64,000 bases of DNA, taken from positions 448,001 through 512,000 of the forward strand of contig CBDFJQ010000002.1 of the NCBI GenBank assembly GCA_965248575.1, read 5' to 3'. The notes beneath the pieces were generated by a model. The model did not search any database, had not been told where the DNA came from, and saw only the letters and a list, made by a program, of their open reading frames with translations. The position numbers and the translations under genes were made by a program. Positions 49,127 to 58,361 of this stretch are shown here, piece after piece. Origin of the DNA: Planctomycetota bacterium. Lineage in GTDB: Bacteria > Planctomycetota > B15-G4. The number at the start of each line of letters is the position of its first letter. Position 1 is the first letter of the stretch.

Positions 49127-50179
49127 ATGACGCACGAGACACCCCTTCCTGCGGACTGGCCTCGCTGGTCCACGGACCAGCTGCTGGACGCCCGCTTGTG
49201 CGACCTGGCGCCCCTTGTGGACCTAGGGAAGGGGGCCCCGCAGGAGCAGGCCTGGATCCAGGATGGTCTGGAGGGCCTGAAGTCCGACCTGGAGCGCCGT
49301 GGTCTCCGGTTCCGGCCTCACGTCTGGTTCTCGTCGGAGTGGTTCTCGCCGTCCGGGGTGCCCGGGATCGCCATCCCGTTCTACCTGGCTCACCCACGCC
49401 TGATGCGCCTGGAGCGCAAGCTCATGTTGGAGGTGGAGGGGGGCACCCGCCGCGAGTTCCGACGCATCCTCCGACACGAGTGCGGACACGCCATCCAGTC
49501 CGCCTACCGTCTCAACCGGCGCAAGCGTTGGCACGAGCTCTTCGGGAAGTCGTCGGAGAAGTACCCGGACAGCTATCGCCCGGACCCCGCCAGCAGGCAG
49601 TACGTGCAGCACTTGCCGATGTACTACGCCCAAAGCCATCCGGATGAGGACTTCGCAGAGACCTTCGCCGTGTGGCTGGGGCCGCGCCACCATTGGCGTC
49701 GTCGCTACGCGGGCTGGCCGTCGTTGCGCAAGCTGGAGTATGTGGACGAACTCATGGAAGGGGTGCGCCACGCACCCGCACCGGTGCGCACCCGCCGCAA
49801 GGTCGACCCCTTGTCCAGTCTCAAGACCAGCCTGAGGGAACACTACGCCTTGCGCCTCGAGCGCACTCAACCCGGAGTACCCGATGTCTACGACCAGGAC
49901 CTGCGCCGCCTGTTTGCCGCCGAGCGGACAGCGGATTCCGAACCTGCCGGGCGCTTCCTTCGTCGCAACCGGACGTTGATCAGGCAACTCGTCTCGCGTT
50001 GGACCGGCCAGTATCAGTTCACGCTGGAGCACGTGCTGGAGGACATGATCCGCAGGTGTCGCGAGCTGAAGTTGTACGCAGCCGGAGACGAGGCCGACTT
50101 GCGCATGCAGTTCGCCGTGTTGTTGACAGTCCAGACCATGCATTCGCTCTTCAATCGCCGAGACTGGATCAGCATGTGA
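49127..50179 (+). CDS. Putative zinc-binding metallopeptidase (Peptidase_Mx-like)
   Basis: ILRHECGHA (HExxH), YAQSHPDEDFAETFAVWL, IAIPFYLAHPRL. Confidence 0.82.
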   Translation: MTHETPLPADWPRWSTDQLLDARLCDLAPLVDLGKGAPQEQAWIQDGLEGLKSDLERRGLRFRPHVWFSSEWFSPSGVPGIAIPFYLAHPRLMRLERKLMLEVEGGTRREFRRILRHECGHAIQSAYRLNRRKRWHELFGKSSEKYPDSYRPDPASRQYVQHLPMYYAQSHPDEDFAETFAVWLGPRHHWRRRYAGWPSLRKLEYVDELMEGVRHAPAPVRTRRKVDPLSSLKTSLREHYALRLERTQPGVPDVYDQDLRRLFAAERTADSEPAGRFLRRNRTLIRQLVSRWTGQYQFTLEHVLEDMIRRCRELKLYAAGDEADLRMQFAVLLTVQTMHSLFNRRDWISM

Positions 50180-51192
50180 TGAGAAGCCTACGCGTCCTCC
50201 ACCTCACACACCCGTCCCTGATTCCACCCGAGGACGAGTCCACGCTGGACGAGAAGCAGGTCAACCTGATGAAGACGGACCTGGATGTGATCCGGGCGCT
50301 CCGTGAGCTGGGGCATCAGGTGCGTTCTGAAGGCGTCGAGGATGAGTTGCGCCCGATTCGTTCGGCTGTACGCACGTTCAGGCCGCACGTTGTGTTCAAT
50401 TTGGTGGAGGGCTTCGCCGGGCTCCCCGAGCTGGACAGCCACGTCGTCAGCTACCTCGAGCTGCTCGGCATTCCGTACACAGGCTGCAATCCTCGCGGGC
50501 TGATGCTGGCGCGAGGCAAGGCACTCAGCAAGAAGCTGTTGCACTATCACCGCATTCGCACCCCCGCCTTTCGGGTGTTTCGTCGTGGCAGGCGCGTTCA
50601 GCGCCCCAAGGGCTTCGAACTCCCGTTGATCGTCAAGAGCCTGGTGGAGGAGTCGTCCATCGGCATCAGTCAGGCGTCGCTTGTCGACAACGACGAGAAA
50701 CTCGCCGAGCGTGTGCGTTTCGTGCACGAGAGCATCGGCACCGACGCCATCGCCGAGCAGTTCATCGAGGGGCGCGAGCTCTACCAAGGGCTCATGGGGA
50801 ACCGGCGGCTGGAGGTCTTGCCACCCTGGGAGCTGCACTTCGGTGACCTGCCGCCGGGCAGCGCGACCATCGCCACGGAGAAGGTGAAGCACGACATCGA
50901 GTATCAGAGGCGGCGCGGGATCGAACACTCTTCTGCGGAGGAGCTGACTCCTGAGCAGGAGGCCGCGATGAGCAAGGTCAGCAAACGCATCTACCGTATC
51001 CTGGGGCTGGACGGGTATGCGCGCATCGACTACAGGCTCGCGCTGGACGGCAAGCTGTACTTCCTCGAAGCGAACCCGAACCCGGAGATCGCGCAATCGG
51101 AAGAGTTCGCATCCGCCGCGGAAATGGCGGGCATGACCTACCCGGCCATGATCCAACGCGTGCTGAACCTGGCCCTCGCCCGCACGCGCTGA
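50179..51192 (+). CDS. ATP-grasp ligase, D-Ala-D-Ala ligase-like
   Basis: VFNLVE, LELLGIPYTG, PLIVKS..EESSIGI, AEQFIEGRE, GYARIDYR, FLEANPNP; TGATG coupling to upstream peptidase. Confidence 0.88.
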   Translation: MRSLRVLHLTHPSLIPPEDESTLDEKQVNLMKTDLDVIRALRELGHQVRSEGVEDELRPIRSAVRTFRPHVVFNLVEGFAGLPELDSHVVSYLELLGIPYTGCNPRGLMLARGKALSKKLLHYHRIRTPAFRVFRRGRRVQRPKGFELPLIVKSLVEESSIGISQASLVDNDEKLAERVRFVHESIGTDAIAEQFIEGRELYQGLMGNRRLEVLPPWELHFGDLPPGSATIATEKVKHDIEYQRRRGIEHSSAEELTPEQEAAMSKVSKRIYRILGLDGYARIDYRLALDGKLYFLEANPNPEIAQSEEFASAAEMAGMTYPAMIQRVLNLALARTR

Positions 51193-51227
51193 GCGGCCAA
51201 GGAACCGGCCAAGGCACCGGCGAGGCG

Positions 51228-52637
51228 CTACGCTGCGGTCTGCGTGCGTGGGAAGCTCACGTGAAAGCGTGCGCCGCCCTGGGATCGGTTGGAGAAACTC
51301 AGCTGTCCACGGTGCTCGTCCACGACGGTCTTGCAGATGGCCAGCCCCAGGCCGTAGCCAGAACGACGCCCCACGCGTGGCATGCCTGAGACAAAGGCAT
51401 CGAACATGCGAGAGGCCATTTCCTCGGGGATGCCGGGCCCTTCATCGAGCACTTCGACATCCACCGAGTCCGGGCTTCCGGTGATGTTGACGCGAACCGT
51501 TCCGCCCTTGGGAGTCCACTGAATCGCGTTGCTGGCGAGGTTGCGGACGACGCGCAAGCACGCCTCCCTGTCGGCCTCCAACACCGTGTCGCCGTCCTGG
51601 CCCAGCACCACGCTGATCCCGCTGCGCTCGGCACTGACGCGTTCCCGCTCCAAGCGCAGCCGAGACTCGAGGGCGAGGTCGAAGGAATGGTAGGCGGCCG
51701 CCTGCCCGCTCAGGGAAGCCGAGCGACACAGCGCGACCATGTTGTCCACCGAGTCTGACAGGGAATGGAGGTCGTCCAGGTTGCTGTTGAGCGCTTGCTC
51801 ATACTCTCCCGGCGAGCGCTTGGACAGCAGGGCCACCTCGGTCCGGCCAATGAGGCTCTGAAGCGGTGACCGCAGTTCGTGGGCAAGGCCAGCCGTGAAG
51901 GTGCGCATGTTGTCCATGCCGCTGTCCACGCGTTGAATCATGGACTCGAGCGCCACGCCCACATCCCGGACCTCTTGGGGCGCACCGTCGAGCTGGAGGC
52001 TCAGCCCACCGGTGGGGAACTCCACGTGACTGGCACCACGCACCACCTCTCTCAACCCGCGCAGTCCGCGGCGTACGACGATCCACCCCGCCAGGCCAGC
52101 CAGGACGACGGTCACTGCAAAGGCGATCGCTGCCGAGATGAGGTACTCACCGAGGGCGTCGACATAGGAGCGAACGTCCGCAAGGACCTGGAGTTCATAA
52201 CCGTGCTTCTTGTCCACGACCGTCATGCTGGACGATTGGGTTCCGAACAAGACGTCCCGCCAGCCGGCCGAGAGCGGGCGGGACAGCGCGAGCAAGCGTC
52301 CGTCCCCCGTGACGTAGATGGGGCTACCCGAGCCGTTGCTGATCCGGAAGGCGCAGGGGGGCTCGTGGGAGACCGCAGCGATGTCATCGGCGGCCTCCCT
52401 GATCTGATCCCGGGAGCCATCGGTCTGTTCGATGGCGTGGGAGAACTCAAGGGTCTCGTGATCGAGGAATGCCTGGATGGCATCCATCTTGGTGGAGTAC
52501 ATGAAGTGCGCCGACCAGGCTGAGTCGAGCGCCAGCAGAGCGCTCGTGGTGGCTGCGAAAATCAGCGTCATGCGGCCGGTGAGAGACCACGCCTTCTGCG
52601 CCCTGCTCTTCGGATCAGCTGCGGTCTTCGATGGCAT
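51228..52637 (-). CDS. Two-component sensor histidine kinase (CusS/CzcS-like architecture)
   Basis: Two TMs, HAMP, FTAGLAHELRSPL, NLASNAI, DEGPGI, GYGLGLAI. Confidence 0.9.
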   Translation of the reverse strand: MPSKTAADPKSRAQKAWSLTGRMTLIFAATTSALLALDSAWSAHFMYSTKMDAIQAFLDHETLEFSHAIEQTDGSRDQIREAADDIAAVSHEPPCAFRISNGSGSPIYVTGDGRLLALSRPLSAGWRDVLFGTQSSSMTVVDKKHGYELQVLADVRSYVDALGEYLISAAIAFAVTVVLAGLAGWIVVRRGLRGLREVVRGASHVEFPTGGLSLQLDGAPQEVRDVGVALESMIQRVDSGMDNMRTFTAGLAHELRSPLQSLIGRTEVALLSKRSPGEYEQALNSNLDDLHSLSDSVDNMVALCRSASLSGQAAAYHSFDLALESRLRLERERVSAERSGISVVLGQDGDTVLEADREACLRVVRNLASNAIQWTPKGGTVRVNITGSPDSVDVEVLDEGPGIPEEMASRMFDAFVSGMPRVGRRSGYGLGLAICKTVVDEHRGQLSFSNRSQGGARFHVSFPRTQTAA

Positions 52638-53304
52638 ATCCTTGACCGCGCAGGGTGTGGATGAGAGGCGTCTCGAAGGGCTTGTCGACCTTGTGGCGCA
52701 GGCGTCGGATGTGGACCTCGACGATGTTGGTGCCTGGGTCGAAGTCGATGTTCCAGACGGAATGCAGGAGATCGCTACGGGACACGGCTTCGCCGGCGTC
52801 TTCGAGCAAGCGTCGTAGCAAGGCCATCTCCACGCGGGTGAGATCGATCGCCACCCCCGCACGCTGCACGCTGCCCTTGCGGTGGTCGAGCACGAGATCC
52901 CCGACGCGGGATTCCATGCCAGGTCCGCGGCGGCGGAGCACGGCCTGGATCCGGGCGCACAGTTCGTTGAAGACGAACGGCTTGACGACGTAGTCATCGC
53001 CGCCCAGGTGCAGGCCCTTGATGCGCTCGTCCACGGCATCCCGCGCAGTCACCAGGATCACGGGCGTCTCCATGCCTTCGTTGCGCATGGTGGCCAACAG
53101 GTCCCAGCCGAGGATGTCAGGAAGCATGACGTCGAGCAGCACCATGTCGTAGGTGTTGGCTCTTAGCAGCTCCAGCGCCTCGGCGCCGTTCGCGGCGCTG
53201 TCGATGGACATGCCGGTTTCGACCAGCCCTGCCTCCAGGAAGCCCCGGATCTGGGGGTCGTCGTCAACGATGAGGATGTGTGCGGCCAGCGTATCGGGTG
53301 TCAT
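52615..53304 (-). CDS. OmpR-family response regulator (CusR-like)
   Basis: ILIVDDD, LLDVMLPD, TARD, GGDDYVVKPF, VWNIDFDPGTNIVEVHIRRLR, TLRGQGY. Confidence 0.94.
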   Translation of the reverse strand: MTPDTLAAHILIVDDDPQIRGFLEAGLVETGMSIDSAANGAEALELLRANTYDMVLLDVMLPDILGWDLLATMRNEGMETPVILVTARDAVDERIKGLHLGGDDYVVKPFVFNELCARIQAVLRRRGPGMESRVGDLVLDHRKGSVQRAGVAIDLTRVEMALLRRLLEDAGEAVSRSDLLHSVWNIDFDPGTNIVEVHIRRLRHKVDKPFETPLIHTLRGQGYAIEDRS

Positions 53305-53444
53305 TCCGTCCAAACTGCCCTCTTGGGCATCGCGCGCACATGACGAGCCTGTCACTCAGCAGGAAAGCCTAGCAAGCGGCGGGTGCGGGTTCGCACACCC
53401 ATTGCGGCTACACATGCCCCTGAAGGGCGCGACAGCTGCTGGAG

Positions 53445-53891
53445 TCAGTTTCCGCGCCCCGCAGCGAAACGGATGCTCGTGAGGTCGCTCGCAAGACACG
53501 CGTCGACAACGCTGACCACTTGCCCGTGGCTGACATCCTGCTCGGCATGGATGACCAGTTGCGTCTCGGGGGCGTTGGACCCAGTGCGCGACAGGATGGC
53601 CGGTAGGCTCTCGACCGTGTAGGGGCCCGTGGAGCCCACCCGGACGCCGGTGCCATCCGGAGCGAGAGGGTCGCTGAACACCCAGAGGTCGATGGCCTCC
53701 AAGAGCACCACCACATCGCCCGCGTTGGGGCCGACGCCGGCTGGGAGTTCGGTGTCCAGGCGGCCTTGGATGACGCGGAAGGACATGGTGCAAACGAAGA
53801 AGATCAGCAGCAGGAACACCACATCGATCATGGGCATCAGATCGGGGGCTTCGGAGTGATCGGTCGCTGCATGAGACGATGCACGCTGCAT
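53445..53891 (-). CDS. exbD: Biopolymer transporter ExbD/TolR family
   Basis: DLMPMIDVVFLLLIFF TM motif with conserved Asp; VIHAEQDVSHGQVVSVVD. Confidence 0.85.
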   Translation of the reverse strand: MQRASSHAATDHSEAPDLMPMIDVVFLLLIFFVCTMSFRVIQGRLDTELPAGVGPNAGDVVVLLEAIDLWVFSDPLAPDGTGVRVGSTGPYTVESLPAILSRTGSNAPETQLVIHAEQDVSHGQVVSVVDACLASDLTSIRFAAGRGN

Positions 53892-54077
53892 GGCTGCAAC
53901 TCCGTCGAGAAGGGGCCCTCGTGGGGCACGGGCCGGGCCCAAGGCTCTCGTGGGACTGTAGGGCCGGCCCCCAGCGAGGTGACAGCTGAGCTGACAAGCG
54001 AGCTGGCCTGAAGACCCCGGGAAGTGACATGCTGGCCGTTCCCCCTTGAGTGTCCGGCGCCGACGCGGAGCAAGCCC

Positions 54078-55817
54078 ATGCCACCTCAGAACATCGTCGA
54101 TCCGCAGGCTTGGCAGTCCTTCTGCGTTGATTACCACCAGCACGCCCTCAAGGACCCCAACGCCTGTGTCGAGTTGGGTGTCGACCAGAGGCTGGGAGAG
54201 CTGAGGGATCCGTCTCTGGAGGCCGTGCGGGCCCACGTCTCTGAGGCAGAGGCCCTGTTGACGCGCGTCGAAGCGCTGAGGTCGGAAGCCGATGGAAACG
54301 GGCGCCCTGGCGACTTTGACACGACCCTCGATGCCGAGCTGGCCGCGCTCTCCCTGCGGGAGCAGATCCACAAGGACAGCTACCTCTTCAATGGACGAAA
54401 CCGCCTGGCGCAACAACCCAGCGCCGGGGACGACATCGGGGACGGGATGTTCCTGCAGTTCATCAACGACCCGCGTCCGGCGGAGGACCGGCTCTCCAGC
54501 ATCACCGAACGACTGGAGCAGGTGCCTGACTACTGCAACGCCCTGTTGGGGCGCCTCGACACGCCCCTGGCGCGCTGGGTGGACATGGACCTGGAGAAGG
54601 TTCGTGAGCTGCCCCAGCTCTTCGCGACCCTCCTGGGCTGGGCGAAAGAGGTGTCCTGGTCCGATGCCGGGCGCTTGATCCGAGCAGCGGAATCCGCGGA
54701 GGGAGCCCTGCACGGCTACTGCGAGGCCCTGTCCTCGATGCCCACCACGAAGCAGTTGCACATGGAGGAGGCCGACGCCCGCGCCATCGTCTCGCACCGG
54801 GGCATCGACAAGAGCCTCGAGTCACTGCACGGAATGGCGGCAGACTTCCTGGAGGAGACCGGGGCCACCATCGAGCAGCTGCGCTCGCGCCTGGTGCAGA
54901 AGTATGGGCTTCCGGCCAGCACGTCAGCGGATGAGCTGACGGTCTTCCTCGCCGATCGCTTCGCCGTGCCGCTGCCCACGGGGCAGCTCGAAGACATCCT
55001 GGATCGCTACCAGGAGGAACGACGCAAGATCACCGCGTTCATCGCGGAGCGCCGTTTGTTTCCGGTCCCGGACGACCAGGACATGGCCATCCTGCGCACG
55101 CCGACCTTCATGGCTCCCAGCATCCCGGCCGGCGCGATGATGGCACCGCCGCCTTTCCGCCCTGGAGTGCGCACGAGCCTGGTGTACTTGACCCTCTCCC
55201 AAGAGCTGGTCGCCGAGCACACCGAACTGTCGATCCCCGGCATGATGATCCACGAGGGGATTCCAGGACATCACCTGCAGCATTCCACGGCTGCCTGTCA
55301 CGCCTCCGTGATCCGGCGCCACTACAACGGCAGCCATCACTCCGAGGGCTGGACCACCATGCTCGAGGACTACATGCTCGACATGGGGTACATGGGGGAG
55401 CTGGAAGACGAGGCGCGCTTCGTCGGTAAACGCGACATCAGTCGCATTGGTGCCCGGGTTGCCATCGACCTGTTTTTCATGACCGGACAGAAGCAGTTTC
55501 TCGACGTCGGCGTGCCTTGCGACCTCTCCTCGCCGGACCCCTTCGTCGCCGCAGGCCACTTGCTGGCGGCCGTGACCGGCTTCGTCCCGGGACGAGTCGC
55601 CGCCGAGCTCAATTGGTACAGCCAAGAGCGTGGCTATCCCCTCAGCTACCTCACAGGCAACCGCATGGTCTGGGAGTTGAAGGATGATGTTCGGGCTGCC
55701 TCAGGGCTGACGGGCCTGGACCTCGACCGATCCTTCCACGAGCTCTATCTCGTGTCCGGGAATATGCCGTTGAGTTTCCTGCGTCGAGTGTTCAAGCATG
55801 AGGGGCTCCTGGGTTGA
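54078..55817 (+). CDS. DUF885 family protein (putative metallopeptidase)
   Basis: IHEGIPGHHLQ, SEGWTTMLE, RVAIDL, YPLSYLTG, FHE. Confidence 0.85.
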   Translation: MPPQNIVDPQAWQSFCVDYHQHALKDPNACVELGVDQRLGELRDPSLEAVRAHVSEAEALLTRVEALRSEADGNGRPGDFDTTLDAELAALSLREQIHKDSYLFNGRNRLAQQPSAGDDIGDGMFLQFINDPRPAEDRLSSITERLEQVPDYCNALLGRLDTPLARWVDMDLEKVRELPQLFATLLGWAKEVSWSDAGRLIRAAESAEGALHGYCEALSSMPTTKQLHMEEADARAIVSHRGIDKSLESLHGMAADFLEETGATIEQLRSRLVQKYGLPASTSADELTVFLADRFAVPLPTGQLEDILDRYQEERRKITAFIAERRLFPVPDDQDMAILRTPTFMAPSIPAGAMMAPPPFRPGVRTSLVYLTLSQELVAEHTELSIPGMMIHEGIPGHHLQHSTAACHASVIRRHYNGSHHSEGWTTMLEDYMLDMGYMGELEDEARFVGKRDISRIGARVAIDLFFMTGQKQFLDVGVPCDLSSPDPFVAAGHLLAAVTGFVPGRVAAELNWYSQERGYPLSYLTGNRMVWELKDDVRAASGLTGLDLDRSFHELYLVSGNMPLSFLRRVFKHEGLLG

Positions 55818-55868
55818 CCGGCGCGCTACCCCCAGGGTTCTCGAACTGCCTGCGCCAAGGAGGCTGAC

Positions 55869-56804
55869 ATGGCTTCGGGCTCAAGCCGCGCGGGCAAGTC
55901 CTCGCCGCAGGATGCTGTGTTTCACGAGGAGGGCGGCCATCACCTGTGGTTGGAGTACGACCTCCGCGCAGGGGGCAGCGAGAAGGCCCTTCGTGCTGCG
56001 CTGCGGGAGTCGCTGCTTCGAGATGAGAGCGTTGCTCCCGAGCGCCAGCCGCAGCGTGTGATCGCCTTCGGCCCCGTGTTGTGGAGTCGACTGGCGCCCG
56101 ATGCCGTGCCCCAGGGACTGCATCTCTTCGAGGGCCTGGATGGGAAGGGGGGGCACCATGCTCCGCCAACGCCGCACGCCCTGTGGTTCTGGCTTCACGG
56201 CGGGCACCACGACGAAAACGTGGCTGCGGCCCGAGGCATACACGGGGCGCTGAAGAAGGTGGCAAGGCTCGCTGCAGAAGAACACGGGTTCCGATTTCGG
56301 GACTCCCGTGATCTCACGGGCTTCGTGGACGGCACCGCCAACCCCAAGGGCGCCGAGCGCCGGGAGGTCGCCTTGGTCCCGCGCGGAAAGCGCGGGGCCG
56401 GCGGAAGTCATGTCCTGGTCCAACGCTGGCTGCACGACCTGGCGGCCTTCGAGCAACTCACGGAGGCGCAGCAGTCCAAGGTGATCGGTCGCAAGAAGAG
56501 TACGAACGACGAGTTGTCTGGACGCGCCATGCCCGCCGACGCCCACGTGGCGCGCACCGACATCGAAGTGGACGGGCAAGCCCAGGCCATCTACCGCCGC
56601 AGCGCACCCTTCGGTGGAGTGCGCGAGCATGGGCTGATGTTCGTGGCCTTCTCCCGGGCATCGGCCCGCTTCGACGCCCTGTTGGAGAGCATGTTCGGTC
56701 TGAAGGACGGCGTGCAGGATCGCTTGCTCGAGTTCTCCCGGCCGACCAGCGGTGCCTACTACTTTGCACCGAGCAGCGGCGACCTCGAGCAGGCGCTCAG
56801 CTGA
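55869..56804 (+). CDS. Dyp-type peroxidase
   Basis: RDLTGFVDGTANP (GxxDG), GGSHVLVQRWLHDL, VIGRKK, AHVAR (proximal His), IYRRS, YYFAPS. Confidence 0.93.
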   Translation: MASGSSRAGKSSPQDAVFHEEGGHHLWLEYDLRAGGSEKALRAALRESLLRDESVAPERQPQRVIAFGPVLWSRLAPDAVPQGLHLFEGLDGKGGHHAPPTPHALWFWLHGGHHDENVAAARGIHGALKKVARLAAEEHGFRFRDSRDLTGFVDGTANPKGAERREVALVPRGKRGAGGSHVLVQRWLHDLAAFEQLTEAQQSKVIGRKKSTNDELSGRAMPADAHVARTDIEVDGQAQAIYRRSAPFGGVREHGLMFVAFSRASARFDALLESMFGLKDGVQDRLLEFSRPTSGAYYFAPSSGDLEQALS

Positions 56805-56805
56805 G

Positions 56806-58215
56806 ATGAGCACGAACCCCGCATACCAGGCCATGGCGTCGGCCCGCGTGTTGGCTGCGTGCCTGGCGACGGTCTTGCTGGCGTCCTGCTCGGAGTCGGC
56901 CACTCCCAAGCCGCCGAACCTGTTGCTGATCACCCTGGACACCCTGCGCCAGGACCACTGCTCGGTCTATGGCTACGACCTGCCCACGACACCCAACCTA
57001 GAGAGCTTCGCCCGCACCGGCCTTCGCTTTGACCAGGCCTTCGCTCCCATGGCAACAACGGGTCCGACACACGCCAGCTTGTTCACGGGTCTCTATCCCG
57101 TGGCCCATCGCATCGTGAAGAACGGGCTCTTCCTGGATGATGAGCACGACACCCTGGCCGAGCAGCTGCAGGCCGAGGGCTGGCGCACGGCCGGCATCAC
57201 CAGCTCGTTCGTGCTCGATGAACGCTTCGGCTATTCCCAGGGTTTCCAGGCCTGGCAGGACGAGTTCACGCAGCGTGGGTCCTCGACCCACATGCCGGAT
57301 TGGGAGGGGCACAAGGTGACGGGTGGCTTCGACCGCCGCGCGGACGCTGCGACGCGTCGGGCCGTGCGTTGGTTGGAGCGTCATGCAGTCCCAGGCAACG
57401 ACACGAGCCGTGGCGACGATGCCCAACCCTTCTTCTTGTTCGTGCATTACTTCGATCCGCACAACCCTTATGACCCGCCGCCAGAATTCGATGCGCAGTA
57501 CGCGCCCCGCGGCCCCAGTCCCCTGCAAGATGCCATCGCCCGGTACGACGCCGAGATCGCCTTCACGGACCAGCAGGTCGGCGCCTTGCTCGACTCGTTG
57601 CGCCGCCTGGGACTGGACGACAACACACTGGTGGTGATCACCGGAGATCATGGGGAAGAGCTCATGGAGCACGGCCACATGGAGCACGGCGTGCACGTGT
57701 ACGACGAGACGGTCCACGTACCGCTGCTTGCACGCTGGCCGGGGCGGCTCCCTGCGGGTCGGGTCGTGGCCGAGCCCGTGGAGGTAGTGGACCTCGCTCC
57801 GACACTGCTGTCCCTGCTGGGGGCCCCGGCCCTGGGTCGGGCTCAGGGGCGTGACCTTGCCTCGGGATGGCTGGGCCAGACGGGTTTCGATGCCGATCAC
57901 CCGGTCTTCCTGCACCGTCGTCACTATGAGCCGGGGATGGAGGGGACGATTCCCGTGGCAGGGGAGAAGCTCGCCGTACGCCTCGGAGGCTGGAAGTACA
58001 TCGTGGGTGACGCAGAGGGTACGCGCGAACTCTACGACCTTACGGCGGATCCGGACGAGCGCTACAACCTCGAGGCCGAACGGCCGGAGCAGGCGGCCAA
58101 GCTGGCTGCGCGTCTAGCTGCCTGGCTGCAGAGCACGGCCCGCCAGGCCGATGCGTCCGGCCAGCTTTCGGAGGAAGATCTGCTGCGGTTAGAGGCCCTC
58201 GGCTACACGAAATGA
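56806..58215 (+). CDS. Sulfatase-fold hydrolase/transferase, probable lipoprotein
   Basis: PNLLLITLDTLRQD, ATTGPTHASLFTG, FDPHNPY, GDHGE, VDLAPTLL, C-terminal LEALGY; lipobox LASC. Confidence 0.9.
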   Translation: MSTNPAYQAMASARVLAACLATVLLASCSESATPKPPNLLLITLDTLRQDHCSVYGYDLPTTPNLESFARTGLRFDQAFAPMATTGPTHASLFTGLYPVAHRIVKNGLFLDDEHDTLAEQLQAEGWRTAGITSSFVLDERFGYSQGFQAWQDEFTQRGSSTHMPDWEGHKVTGGFDRRADAATRRAVRWLERHAVPGNDTSRGDDAQPFFLFVHYFDPHNPYDPPPEFDAQYAPRGPSPLQDAIARYDAEIAFTDQQVGALLDSLRRLGLDDNTLVVITGDHGEELMEHGHMEHGVHVYDETVHVPLLARWPGRLPAGRVVAEPVEVVDLAPTLLSLLGAPALGRAQGRDLASGWLGQTGFDADHPVFLHRRHYEPGMEGTIPVAGEKLAVRLGGWKYIVGDAEGTRELYDLTADPDERYNLEAERPEQAAKLAARLAAWLQSTARQADASGQLSEEDLLRLEALGYTK

Positions 58216-58361
58216 AGGGGCTGGGCCCGAGCCCCCGGGCTGGCTTCTGCGCGGGACTCCTGCAGCGCGCTGGGCCGCTGCCAGCGATCTTCCTGGGGAC
58301 CTCTGCCAGCTGCTGACGGGCCCGTGGTGCAAGTGCCATACTGCCGCGCCCGATTCTCGAA

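Noticed and set aside
50179..51192. Calling the ATP-grasp gene ddl
   Set aside because: Lacks the GGxSxE motif and cell-wall gene context
51194..51229. Three degenerate 12-bp direct repeats (CGGCCAAGGaAC) between convergent genes
   Set aside because: Too short and GC-rich to distinguish from chance slippage
55869..56804. Encapsulin cargo DyP
   Set aside because: No C-terminal GSLxIGSL-type targeting peptide and no encapsulin gene adjacent
58217..58242. GC hairpin after the second sulfatase-fold gene
   Set aside because: No U-tract, so it cannot be called a terminator
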